Notes: a model not told the origin generated them from the letters alone. A stretch of 64,000 bases of DNA from Antedon mediterranea (GCF_964355755.1 NC_092678.1:17687365-17751364), one strand, 5' to 3'; counted from the first letter of the stretch, positions 1-13,129 are shown. Numbers and translations are program-made.

Positions 1-470
1 TTCTTATTTTAAGTAAAATATTTCTCAAAACAAGTATTTTCAAGACTATTGCGAAACCTAATTTAAGAAACTTTGTCTTACCTAGAAAAATATTGATTGT
101 TTTAAGTAATTTTTATAATTCATCAATCTTGATTTAAGAAAAATTATTCTTGATAAGGATAAATAAAATATAGATTTCTTATTTTAAGTAAAATACTTTT
201 CAAATTAAGTATTTTCAAATCTTGTTTTAAGTAAAACTATTCTTAATAAGAAGAGAATGATATTGACTTCTTATTTTAAGTAAAATATTCTTGTAATAAG
301 CATTTTCAAGAATATTGCAAAACTTAATTTAAGAAAATGTGTCTTTTCTAGAAAATTGTTTCTTGTTTTAAGTAATTTTAAATCTTGACAAGAAAAAAAA
401 TACTTATTTTAAGAATTTTTTCTTAAAACAAGATTTTTTTTTCTTGCTTAGAATTTCAAATTTTGCTGTG
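1..470. mobile_element. Right part of an AT-rich non-autonomous DNA transposon with internal subrepeats, inserted at TA
   Basis: TTCTTATTTTAAGTAAAATA recurs near 1, 177 and 269. The stretch ends in TTTTGCTGTG followed by TA, and the flank resumes the intron unit that is uninterrupted near 50881 and 63050. The left end is outside the window. Confidence 0.5.
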
Positions 471-1921
471 TACCTAATAGCGGCCTGGTGAGACCTATGT
501 ATTGCCTTCGCTAAATCCTTTCTTAAACTTGTTCCCACTTATACCTTCTAGAGGAATGTTATCCATAGATATAACCCTAATATACTGCTGATTGGATTCG
601 TCATTTTATAATTGTAACACAATGTGTCATAAGAACTGTTCGTTATACCATGGTAGTATGTGGTGCAATTAATTAAAGAATTATGTGATTTGTAAATATT
701 TTACACAAAGTGCAACACAGTGTGACGTATTGTCTGCTACAATATCTAATGATTACACATTTTTAATAATTATGTAGTTTCTCATTTAATAAAACATACC
801 AGTTATAATAACAAATTACCGTATTAAACGTACAAATCAAAGTATAAAAACAATAAGTATATACAGTACCAACGGAAATTACGATAAAAAAGTATCTATT
901 TTATTAATTTCGAAATACAAAGAAAAAATAACAACAACATATCTATATTGTGAGGCCAAAAAGGCTTATGTCCAATTAGGCGTGTCAGTCTGACAATGAA
1001 ACAATTACAAGGTATAATTGATATAATACTAATTGTATGTTACTTTATCTCGTATTATCATTATTTGCATGTTTTAGCTGTTTTTCATTAACTGTCTTTG
1101 CATGATTATAACAATGTTTTATCTAGATTGACTGTAATCATGTTGTACTTTCCATATCATATGATTTCTGGATGTAGATCAATATCTACAACACAATACA
1201 AACGTTAAATGACGATGATCCATGTATTCTGCTATATTTTTACTTTTCATTATGGCAGCCGACGGTGCTACAGTGACTGAATTAAATAGTCTTGTTCGTA
1301 AACAATGCCAAAATAAAAAAAACTCGAAGAGAGCAAAAAGAAAGATATTACGCTTGAACGTATCACACATTAAACATACATATTCCGTAGAAGTATTAAT
1401 TCATAAAATAAAATAATTGTTTTTGGAGGCATAGAGTTAAACTTACGTTTTCATGAGAGGAGGATAAGATAATATTGGTTCCTCGTGCAAAATAAGCTTA
1501 TTACAACACTATTGCAGATTATAACGTGAATCGGCGGTGATTGTACAGAGGCGTGTCTATTTTTGTTTTCGTATCTATAATTTTGGCTTTCAAAAATGGC
1601 AGCCCAAAGCAATCGCTACCCCTGGATCCGACCCGTCAGACTATTTTGATATACAATGATAGAGGTTCAGACGTTCTGTGGTACATTTAAATTGTATTAT
1701 TTGTATTCCGTCTTTAAACTTCATCTTAATTTCAAATAGAATAACATCAATAAAGTAATATTGTTTACTTAGAAGTGTGCCAGTTATTCTGCACTGAAGA
1801 AAACAAAATCAGAAAAAAAATTTAACACATGCGACCACGTTTTTTTAAACATTATTAAGGCTAAGTGTGTTAATTATTGAGATGTAAAGCACATAGGCTG
1901 ATTTTAGCATGAGGAAGTGCA
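471..1921. repeat. Exon-less copy of the class-B LRR intron unit
   Basis: Near-identical by eye to about 50885-52700 and, with a deletion, to 63052-63965. It explains the recurring spurious ORFs ending in EYMDHRHLTVVLY. Confidence 0.85.
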
Positions 1922-3080
1922 GACTAGGCGAGAGGTGTTCGGTTTGTTTACAAATCTATACCCACTATTTCTGATTGGTCGCGAGCTTTCAATTGCCATA
2001 GTTGCTTTCTGGACGCACCAAAAGCGTTCGATCGAGTCAAATCTTATTTAAAGTTTTAGTTGAAAGAGGTGTGCCTATCTTTGTAGTTAGGATCTTACGA
2101 CACTGGTATGATAATCAAGAATTTGTTGTTAGATGGGGACATTGTGTCCCTTTACCTTTTTTCTGTTATTAACGGTGTGCGCCAAGGGGGTGTAATGTCT
2201 CCACTGCTTTACAATGTAGCCTATTATATTGACGATCTTTATGTACAACTTAGAGAGTCCAATCATGGGTGTACTATTGGTGATAACAAAGTTAATTGTC
2301 TCAGTTACGCTGATGACATGCTTCTCATGGCTCCTTTTTCTATTGGAGTACTGAATCTCATTAATGTTTTTGAACTTTATGCTACGAATCGAGATATTGT
2401 GTACGGTACTATACAATCCAAGTGTATGTTTTTATGTGCTCGTGTACGTAAGTTACAAGGTTGACCTAGTGTTAAGCTAAACCACACTGACCTTGAATTT
2501 GTTGACTGTATAACATACTTGGGTCATATGATTTGTAACTCTCTGAATGTTGATAATGATATTAAGAAACAGTATCGAGCTCTGTGTATCAAAGCTAATG
2601 CATTATACAGGACATTCTACAAATGTTCCGTTGAAGTTAAATGTCAGTTATTTAAAATGTTTTGCGTTAATGTAGGCCAATACTATATGACTCTATGGAG
2701 AAAATTCCGTGAAGGTACTGTAAACTAATTTAGAGTTTTCTTTAATAACGGGTTGCGTAAGCTACTGAAAATTCTTAGTTATAGCATTATGTTTTTTAAC
2801 GAATAACGTTCCCTCATTCTATAATTTGATGGAACGCTATACATTATAGTTTTAAGAGCATAATTCATGACAGTTGCAATAGCCTGATTCAAACCAACGT
2901 CATTCCACAATCCAACCTACATCAGCGTTGGTACAAATTGGTATTTTTTAGGATATTGTAAGTTGATTTGTGGAAGTTGCTTATTTAATTTCCTGGTTAA
3001 ATTGTTTCTATTTTTGTTTTTTGTATGATTTGTATATGGATGTACTATCCGAAATAAAGAAAATGAATGAATGAATGAAT
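1922..3080 (+). mobile_element. 5'-truncated degenerate non-LTR retrotransposon (RTE-X-like RT)
   Basis: RT motifs GVRQGGVMSPLLYN, YIDDL and LSYADDMLL, then YLGHMICNSL..DNDIKKQ. Has stops and frameshifts, AATAAA and an (AATG)n tail at 3062-3080. Confidence 0.85.
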
Positions 3081-3245
3081 AGTGTACCGTCATTTTAAAA
3101 GTGATATTATTGGCCTAATACAACGTCATGGTATTTAGAAACAGTTAAACCTACCCTTAAATGCATAATTTCACAATTAACCAGATTTACTTACAATTGT
3201 AAAGCTTGTTGTTACAAGTAAGGAAAAATGAGAATAAACACTTAC

Positions 3246-3317
3246 AGTGTAACCAATGACGTCAAACCAACAAATTCATTTCCAGACAATGTAGTAATGC
3301 CGTTAGAGCTTAAATCC
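3246..3317 (-). CDS. Gene A LRR exon 4 (DLSSNGITTLSGNEFVGLTSLVTL)
   Basis: 72 bp, ttttattttgaag acceptor, gtaag donor, phase 2-2, typical 24-aa LRR consensus. Confidence 0.9.
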
Positions 3318-3557
3318 CTTCAAAATAAAAACATGAATACTTGGTAAATAACAGTTCACGAGTTGAGGTTTCCTTCTTTGGGGAAAAATTGTTACAGTTT
3401 GGTGTGTATGTCAGCGGACAAAATTGTGACCGTAAATTAATGTATCTGCATTGTACTGTTAGTGTGTATTACGTGTCAGTGAAAATTAAAGAGGGTCGAT
3501 AATGGTGCAAACTATAAAATATTAAAACTAAAATAGAAAGTTTATCAATTGAGTACG

Positions 3558-4228
3558 TAGAACTAAAGATCCGAAGCCTAGTTGGTTGGAACTTGTTCCG
3601 CCAGAGATGGTTCCTGATCAAGTTCAAACTATCAAACACGTCACAGGAATTGTGGACAAATGTGGAAAACGCGTCAAACTTCGAAGGAAAAAATTCAAAC
3701 CTCCAATGCCATCTGTTATTTTTGGTAATGCGCACTCACTCAAAACAAGTGAAATGGCTGCAAATGTATTCGAATACAGGGACAGTTGCCTTATGGCGAT
3801 CACTGAAACTTGGCTAATTGAATCTTTTCGGATCATGGATCAACAAATTGTTCTTGTCATCAGGAATTATTAACAGTTGCTCTTCGTACGTCACTTTTAC
3901 TTCCTAAGGGAATTCTAGCAGGTTCTAGTCATCATTATCTATATGCAGACTTCAAAGTAGCTTGCGCTAAAGTCGCTGAGGTAGATATAGGCACATAAGC
4001 TGCAAATCTCCAGATTCAATAAAGCTGTTACTATGTGATCTCCACAAAGGATCGCATAAAGAGCTTTCAAAGGTAATTCCACACCTTCATCAATATGTAA
4101 ACGTTGCTACTAGAAAAGGCACTATATACTTGATATGTGCTATGGAAATGTTAAAAATGCTTATACAGCAAAGAGATGTCCAAGCATTGGGCGGTCAGAT
4201 CACGAAATGATACAACATGATCCCAAGC
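3558..4228 (+). mobile_element. Rex1/Babar-like LINE endonuclease fragment, copy 1, carried in the duplicated intron unit
   Basis: KPPMPSVIFGNAHSL, YRDSCLMAITETWL, FYxPREF-like and LDMCYGNVKNAY..GRSDH motifs. Confidence 0.75.
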
Positions 4229-4866
4229 TATAATTCACGAACGTAGGAATCCTCAAAATGAATATGATACGCACATAGCTTAGTGCCTTTAATTATGATA
4301 TTCATTAGGTCTACATTAGGCCTGGGTTAGCCCACTGTGCAACTGTAGTGCTGTTTTTTTTTTTGTTCTTTAGTTCGATTCTTACAGGATAGTATTGTTT
4401 TATTTATCTAATCTATAGAAGGTTCAAAATTTTGTTTAGGGATTAATGTTAGATGGTGTGAGACTAAACGAGTTGTAACAGTAATGAAATTGAAGATGAG
4501 TACCACTTTCTGTTAATGTGTTAATACAACTTAAATTTATCGTTTGATTTATTTTGCAAAATACACTAAATTAGGAAACAACAGATTTTCTGTTGCATCC
4601 GCTTTAATAATAATTTGTTCACGGTCAGACCACCACCATAACGCTTTGACAAAATAAACATTTTAACCTTTCCACGTATTGATGATATAGTTTATAATTA
4701 TTAAAATAGGCCTATATGGTAAGATATAACCACGTTACCCTAGCGTCATGGTATTTAGACTAAACCTACACTTAAACGTATAATAATCACAATTAACATG
4801 ATTTACTTACAATTGTAAAGCTTTTAAATTTTTACCAGTAAGGAAAAAATGAAAATAAACACTTAC

Positions 4867-4938
4867 AGTGTAACCAATGACGTCAAACCAACAAATTCAT
4901 TTCTAGACAATGTAGTAATGCCGTTACTGCCTAAATCC
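4867..4938 (-). CDS. Gene A LRR exon 3 (DLGSNGITTLSRNEFVGLTSLVTL)
   Basis: 72 bp, canonical AG/GTAAG, phase 2-2. Confidence 0.9.
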
Positions 4939-5179
4939 CTTCAAAATAAAAACATGAATACTTGGTAAAATAACAGTTCACGAGTTGAGGTTTCCTTCTT
5001 CGGGGAAAAATTGTTACAGTTTGGTGTGTATGTCAGCGGACAAAATTGTGACCGTAAAATAATTTATTTGCATTGTACTGTTAGTGTGTATTACGTGTCA
5101 GTGAAAATTAAAGAGTGTCGATAATGGTGCAAACATTAAAATATTAAAATTAAAATACAAAGTTTATCAATTGAGTACG

Positions 5180-6258
5180 TAGAACTAAAGATCCGAAGCC
5201 CAGTTGGTTGGAACTTGTTCCGCCAGAGATGGTTCCTGATCAAGTTCAAACTATCAAACACGTCGCAGGAAGCGTGGACAAATGTAGAAAACGCGTCAAA
5301 AAACTTCAAAGGAACAATTTAAAACCTCCAATGCCATCTGTTATTTTTGGTAACGCGCACTCACTCAAAACAAGTGAAATGGCTGCAAATGTATTCGAAT
5401 ACAGGGACAGTTGCCTTATGGCGATCACTGAAACTTGGCTAATTGAATCTTTTCGGATCATGGATCAACAAATTGTTCTTGTTATCTGGAATTATTAACA
5501 GTTGCTCTTCGTCCCTTTTACTTGCTAAGGGAATTCTAGCAGGTTCTAGTCATCATTATCTATATGCAGACTTCAAAGTAGCTTGCGCTAAAGTCGCTGA
5601 GGTAGATATAGGCACATAAGCTGCAAATCTCCAGATTCAATAAAGCTGTTACCAGGGAGATGGAGTAACATCATAGTATGTTCTTTTGATCAGTCTACTT
5701 TTCCGACAGGAAGTAAAATAGATAAGACTTAATCCCCGATAAACAGTTCCTCATCAAATAAACAATTTTCCCTGACGTAATCAATGACACGCGCATGCGC
5801 AGAAAAGTCAAAGTTGCTTCGCTTCGCTTGAATAACTCTGGCCTACGTCACACATCGTCAAGGTGTTTCAGAAAGCCAGATGATACAATCGCGACACACA
5901 ATGACAACTGACGACTTCTATACCGATGTACGTAGACTTTTCCGATTTAGATTTCGATGATAGCGATTTAGAAGATGTTGATCTAAAATGAAAATGTGCC
6001 AATGTATTGCCCATGTGGGGAAAGTTCTGACGATCAAATGATCGCTTGTGAAGGCTGTTACTATGTAATCTCCACAAAGGATCCCATAAAGAGCTTTCAA
6101 AGGTAATTCCACACCTTCATAAATATGTAAACGTTGCTACTAGAGAAGGCACTATATACTTGATATGTGCTATGGAAATGTTAAAAATGCTTATACAGCA
6201 AAGAGATGTCCAAGCATTGGGCGGTCAGATCACGAAATGATACAACATGATCCCAAGC
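5180..6258 (+). mobile_element. Rex1/Babar-like endonuclease fragment, copy 2, interrupted at 5653-6053
   Basis: Near-identical to 3558-4228 apart from the insertion. Confidence 0.75.
5653..6053 (+). mobile_element. One-ended DNA transposon remnant (CAGGG terminus) encoding half a PHD finger
   Basis: Absent from copy 1. Flanked by GCTGTTAC at 5645-5652 and 6054-6061. The end reads MYCPCGESSDDQMIACEGC. Confidence 0.65.
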
Positions 6259-6899
6259 TATAATTCACGAACGTAGGAATCCTCAAAATGAATATGATAC
6301 GCACATAGCTTAGTGCCTTTAATTATGATATTCATTAGGCCTACATTAGGCCTGGGTTAACACACTGTGCAATTGTAGTGCTGTTTTTTTTGTTCTTCAG
6401 TTCGATTCTTACAGGAAAGTATTGTTTTATTTATTTAATCTATAGAAGGTTCAAAATTTTGTTTAGGGATTAATGTTAGATGGTGTGAGATAAAACGAGT
6501 TGTAACAGTAATGAAATTGAAGATGAGTACCACTTTCTGTTAATGTGTTAATACAACTTAAATTTATCGTTTTATTTATTTTGCAAAATACACTAAATTA
6601 GGAAACAACAGATTTTCTGTTGCATCCGCTTTAATAATAATTTGTTCACGGTCATACCACCACCATAACGCTTTGACAAAATAAACATTTTAACCTTTCC
6701 ACGTATTGATGATATAGTTTATAATTATTGAAATAGGCCTATATGGTAAGATATAACCACGATACCCTAGCATCATGGTATTTAGACTAAACCTACACTT
6801 AAACGTATAATAATCACAATTAACATGATTTACTTACAATTGTAGGCCAAAAGCTTTTAAATTTTTACCAGTAAGAAAAAAATGAGAATAAACACTTAC

Positions 6900-6971
6900 A
6901 GTGTAACCAATGACGTCAAACCACCAAATGTATTTTCATGCAATGTAGTAATGTCGTTACTGTTTAACTTC
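6900..6971 (-). CDS. Gene A LRR exon 2 (KLNSNDITTLHENTFGGLTSLVTL)
   Basis: 72 bp, canonical AG/GTAAG, phase 2-2. Confidence 0.9.
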
Positions 6972-7213
6972 CTTCAAAATAAAAACATGAACACTTGGTA
7001 AATAACAGTTCACGAGTTGAGGTTTTCTTCTTAGGGGAAAATAGTTACAGTTTGGTGTGTATGTCAGTGGATGAAATAGTGACCGTAAAATAATGTATCT
7101 GTATTGTACTGTTAGTGTATATTACATGTCAGTGAAGATTAAAGAGGGTCGATAACGGTACAAACGTTAATATGTTATTAAAATTAAAATACAAAGTTTA
7201 TCGATAGAGTACG

Positions 7214-7905
7214 TAGAACTAAAGATCCGAAGCCTAGTTGGTCGGAACCTGTTCCGGCAGAAATGGTTCCTGATCAAGTTAAAACTAATGAACACGTCAC
7301 AGGAAGAAGCGTTGAAAAATGTGAAAGACGCGTCAAACTTCGAAGGAAAAAATTCAACTCTCCAATGCCATCTGTTATTTTTGGTAATGCTCACTCACTT
7401 AAAAACAAGTTTAGTGAATTGACTGCAAATGGCAGTATTCGAATACAGGGACAGTTGCCTTATGGCACTCGCTGAAACTTGGCTAAATGAATCTGTTTCG
7501 GATCATGGATCAACACATTTTTCTTGTAATCTGGAATTATTAACAATTGCTCTTCGTTCCTTTTACTCGCCAAGGGAATTCTAGCAGGTTCTATAGTCAT
7601 CATTATCTATAGGCCTATACACCCAAAAGAATACTTCAAAGTAACTTGTGCTAAAGTCGCTGAGATAGACACATAAGCTACAAATCTCCAGATTCAATAA
7701 AGCTTGGTGATTTCCACAAACGATCCCATAAAGAGCTTACAAAGGTTATTCCACACCTTTATCAATATGTAAACGTTGCTACGAGAGAAGGCACTATATA
7801 CTTGATAATTATGTGCTATGGATATGTTAAAAATGCTTATACAGCCAAGAGATGTCCAGGCATTTGGCGGTCAGATCACGAATTGATACAACATGATCCA
7901 AAGCT
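7214..7905 (+). mobile_element. Rex1/Babar-like endonuclease fragment, copy 3
   Basis: Same motifs. Retains NKFSEL and YIHPK sequence that is deleted in copies 1 and 2. Confidence 0.75.
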
Positions 7906-8779
7906 ATAATTCACGAACATAGGAAGCTTCAAAATGAATATGATACGCACATTATCTTAGTTTCTTTAATTATGATATTCATTAGACCTACATTGGCATG
8001 GGTTTACCCACTGTGAACTGTAGTGCTGCTTTTTTTTATTCTTCAGTTCGATTCTTCCTGTATAGTATTGTTTTATTTATTTATTCTATAGAAGGTTCAT
8101 AACCATACGAACGTTAGATTATTGTAAAAACAAAATGTTCGATAAACTAAATCATTGGATTTTTGTCTAGATTTGGTAGTTTTTTTAGTTTTACGAATTA
8201 ATTTTTCCTTTTGTTAAGTGGGATTGATCGGCTGAATGGGTAATAATTTGTATGATTTAGCTTTGTAATTTATTTGTTATAGGTATAGTCTCTGGTCTAT
8301 GTAGCAAGGGCAAATATTCTACAATTCAGACTCCAATAAATGAAATTAAGCAAATTTTGTATAGGAATTAATGTTAGATGGTGTGAGATAAAACGAGAAA
8401 ATAGACTATGTCAAGTTTGTAACAGGAATGAAATTGAAGATGAGTACCACTTTCTGTTTTAATATGTTAATACAACTTAAATTTATCGTTTTCTTTTGCA
8501 AAATACACTAAATTAGGAAAAACATATTTTATGTTGCATCCGCTTTAATAATAAAAATAAATAAAATATATTTTTATTGTCCACCACCACCATAACGCTT
8601 TGACAAGCAAACACTTAATCCTTTCCACGTATTAATGCTATAGTGTACTAATATTACAATAATTATATTGTAAGACATCAGCACGTCACCCTGAACGTCA
8701 TGGTACTTAGAAACAGTTAAACCTACCCTAAATGTATAATCACAATTAGCATGATTTACTGACAATTGTACACAGCAAC

Positions 8780-9110
8780 CTCAAATCAAATCAAATCAAG
8801 TCTATATTCGTTTCATATATAAAAACGTAGCAAGTAAGTACTTGTCAACTGGTTTAACCAAAAAATTAACATTTATTTATTAAATAAAAAATTTACATTG
8901 TTTTCCTCGAAAGAAAAATATGGTAAAACATTCACAATTACATCATACATAGAAAAAATTTACAATTTAAAAACATTAATAACATCCATATATATATATA
9001 TTGCATGTGCGCTATTATCATCTAACAATCTTTGAGTTAAAATATGCGTTGAATTTGGTACAAAAGACAGTCGGTGTCTTGACGCATCAGCTCTAAGAGC
9101 CTTTACATTT
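8780..9110 (-). mobile_element. Probable LINE 3' end ((TTTGA)n tail) at the position of a missing LRR exon
   Basis: TCAAATCAAATCAAATCAA at 8781-8799. The flanks match the donor-side and acceptor-side intron sequence of neighbouring units. Confidence 0.45.
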
Positions 9111-9987
9111 TTATAAGTAATTTTTCTGTATTGTATTACGTGTATTACTAGATGGTCGATAACAATAAGAACGTTAAATTATTATTTAAAAAACTATGTA
9201 AAGTTTATTGACAGATTGTAGATCATCGTTTTTAACTAGAATTGGTAGTTTTTTTAATTTTTACTAATTCATTTTTCCTTTGGTTAAGATGTTAATAATT
9301 TATATGATTTAGCTTTGTAATTTATTTGTTATAGGTAAAGTCTCTGCACCTTGTTCAAATGTAATCTGATGTTTGCCTAACAATAATTTTAGAATTACAG
9401 AAAATCAATGATGTAATGATTTATTTGCTGTCTAGCACGTGAAATTATTCTTCCTTCTCTGTGCCTAAGGCAGAATGTGAAGGAAAACATCAGTATACAT
9501 TTCCCAAAAAGTGACATAAAAGTATAAAGAATACTCGATAAAAATACTTTAAAAATAATCTCATATAGCGCCGCTACATACTCGCACATTATTTGTTTAA
9601 TAATTTAAGCAGATTCTGAAAGATATGAAGCGTTTTTTTCTATGTCAAAATACTACGTATGTAAGGATCAACGACTGTAACAATAACATCGATGGATTTA
9701 AGAACAACCCTAAATACCTGTAATATAATAAATTACAAACAGTAATACAAATTAAAACTTAAAATCATCAGCTAACATACCCTTTTATCCGCTTTAATAA
9801 TAAAGAATAAATCAAAGAAGTTGCTTTTGTTCACAGTCATACCACCATAACGCTTCACTTTGAATGTACCGTAATTTTACAAGTAATATTTAACAGTTAA
9901 ACCTACCGTTAAATGTATAATTTCAGAAATAACATGATTTATTTGAATTTTTATAAGTAAGAAAACAAAATGAGAATAAACACTTAC

Positions 9988-10059
9988 AGTATAACCAATG
10001 ATGTCAAACCACCAAATGCATTTTCATACAATGTAGTAATGCCGTTACTGCTTAAATCC
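9988..10059 (-). CDS. Gene A LRR exon 1 (DLSSNGITTLYENAFGGLTSLVIL)
   Basis: 72 bp, canonical AG/GTAAG, phase 2-2. Confidence 0.9.
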
Positions 10060-11325
10060 CTTCAAAATAAAAACAGTTGGTAAATAACAGTTCACGAGTT
10101 GAGGTTTTCTTCTTTGGGAAAAATATTTACAGTTTATGTCAGTAGATGAAATAGTGACCCTAAAATAATGTATCTGAAATGTACTATTGTTGTGTATTAC
10201 TGTACGTGTTAGTGAAAATTAAAGAGAGTCGATAACGTTACAACAAACGTTAAAATATTATTCAAATTATAAATACAAAATATATCGATTTAGTACATAC
10301 TGTAGTACGTCAGGAATAGGTTGTTCGTTTATATAATTACTGATATAAAGACGGAGAGATAACATTTTAATACATCTTAAAGGCAATTGAAAAATAATCA
10401 ATCCTTTACTATAAGCCGAAACGTAGCAAGAGTATGTAACTTATTTGTTATAGAGAGAAAAATAGTGCATGTTTAGACACAAACCAGCACAGCTGATGTA
10501 ATCTGAGGGTAGCCTACAATAATTAAAGTACACGTATAACTAAACGATAAAGAAAGAAATGTATACATAAATCAATGTCAAATAACTAGCTCGATGATAT
10601 CAAACGGCGCCTCTACACACTCACACATTGATTCAATCCAAAGAGTTTACACTGACAAGAAAAGTCAGCATTTTTTTAAAGTTATGAATAATCAACTACC
10701 AAAATAATATTAAAATTGTTTAAAATACCGTTCGTTATCTAATTTACGGACGTAGGAAGTCTAAAAATCAATATATATGTACATATTTGTTATTTAGTGC
10801 CTTTGATTCTAACATCCGTTACTCTATTGTGTTAACCCACTGTGTAATAATAGTGTCTGTTTCTGTGGTTAATTGCGCGGTGCAATGCTGTTTTTTCAAT
10901 TGAGGATTTTTCAATTCTGTTCTCGCACGATTGTATTATTCTATTTTATGAAAAGATGAGGGGCATTTTGGAAACACATTTTTTATACAATTCGAATGAG
11001 TGTACGATGTATTTAAACCAATTTACAGAACGTACGTACCGAAAAAAAAACACCATGGACTGAAATCGTTATTTTGTGAGGATGGTGCTAATTGGAATGA
11101 TTCGTCTACGATAGTCCAGTACTTTTACAATTAACTAATATTAATTTTCCGTTGTATCATTTTCATTTCTATAATTTGTAATAAAAATAATATAATCATA
11201 ATAACATTTTTTTTTTTAATATAAGCTTTAGAATTACCGTAACTGCGATCAACGTTTCAATGTTACTACGCTTGTCTTATGTAAGCTTACAGTTTGCACA
11301 AAACAGGTTCTTTGATGATACTTAC

Positions 11326-11461
11326 AAGAATGTTATTGGTTGATGATTATTGTAGTTCCTGACGGATTCTGCTGTTGCATTAATATATTTCCGACAGCTT
11401 AAGTAGTTAAATATGCAATCGCATCCAGTTGGACATATCTGTTTTAGGAATAATAATTGTT
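11326..11461 (-). CDS. Gene A LRRNT exon (EQLLFLKQICPTGCDCIFNYLSCRKYINATAESVRNYNNHQPITFL)
   Basis: 136 bp, poly-T-acag acceptor, gtaag donor. Phase 1 to 2 joins the CUB and LRR exons exactly. CPxxCxCxxxxxxC cap motif. Confidence 0.88.
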
Positions 11462-13129
11462 CTGTAAAAAAAAAATGTTTGTAAAATTAGGTACTAGTTT
11501 CGAATTTACCTAAATGGACAGTAAAACAATAGCTATAAAAATGTAATAACTATGTTTGTCATTTAACTATTAATTGTATAGGACTTGGCTCTTGAGTAGG
11601 ACTAGACGTTGTGAAAAGGTAGATGTATCTTAAGTTTAGGTCATTCTTCAAAGATATCATAATCTAATATCATTTTGATACATTACTGTTGTACATGTGC
11701 AATTTTGGATTTGTGGATTTGACGCACACTGGATAAATATTGATGTTTTTTTCTTCAAATGTCTCTCAATTTTGTGTCCAATTACGTCTGCCGGTGGAAT
11801 TTGTATAGTCTCTAACAATGCACCATCACCGAGTTGGCCGCATTGGCCGCCTTCTCCTGAGTAGGGGTCAAAGAGCCAGTGTTGTGGTGGAATAATGTTT
11901 TATAATTCAGGTGATTCATTATTGTCTCGTTTCTAACAATATCGGAATTTTTACCGGGATGAAGTCTCTTTTGCAAAAAGAAGCTTTGTGTTATGTTTGT
12001 TTAGAAACCTCTTACTATTACGTTTGTGAATTTTTTCCAATTGATCAATTGTTTTTGCAGAGGTTTTTTAAAGATTTTAGGTTGTCCAGGGAGCGTTTGT
12101 TTGCCTAATTCTCTGCAATCTAAGGTTGTGTCTAATTATCAATCAAGTAAAGAGCTTAAACTAGATTATGATTAATTACTGTAATTGAATATTTAATTAA
12201 TGGCAGTAACATAGCCTAGATTATAGAGTATAGACAGCGATTCAGATTAATATTTGTTATAAAATCAAACAACAAACGTAAAAGACTTTAGTATATAATA
12301 GCTATCTTCCTTGTATTAGCTACAGTGTTTTATTTTAGAATTTTTGCAAGTAGTGTTTCTCTGTTTTAAAAGTATCTTCTATCAAATCGCCTAAAAAAGC
12401 CTAATCAGGTTAATACATTACACTTTTTCAGTAACTTAGGGGTTATTAGTTTACAATACGTCGCGAAACGCGTTACACTTAGCGACTGACGCGTTTATTT
12501 TTTTTTTAATATTTATAATACAATTATGTATTATTAATTTTTAAAAAACATTAAAACCTAAATAACCTACTGAATACAAAATATATTCATTGTATCCTAA
12601 TTTCAACATTTTTTTTTTATCTTATGTGGGTTCATCCCACTTTTATTTCCATACAACTGTTCTCTTTACATATATTTTTCATATACACTATACATATCAT
12701 TATATTTACAATGTTTGTTTAATCATCTGTTTACATATATCTTTTTAAACATATTATCTGTAACACATTTTCATTAACAAGCTTATTTTTTTCTTACATA
12801 GGTCTAGTTGTTTTTGATTTTTTCATCTACCACATTTTCATTTAACAATGCAAATTCTCTGTTATACTCATTACTTACTAAATGTTTACTGTTAACATAA
12901 TATTGTTCTCATCCTTTAACATTAATATTAATATTTTGTTCTTTAATGTTTACAAAACTTTTATTTCCAGCAGATTATCCTTTTTTTTTGCATCTATAAC
13001 TTCTTAAATTTTATTTTATTTTAACCACATTGATTACATAGTTTCCTCTTTTTATACATATTATCTATAACACATTTTCATTAACAGAGCTTATTTTTTC
13101 TTACATAGTTATTTTTGTTTGTTTTCATC

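Noticed and set aside
1179-1416. Recurrent ORFs (also 50039, 51886, 61603) that look like a small gene family
   Set aside because: They are copies of the intron repeat unit. Frames are broken by indels between copies and there is no domain signature.
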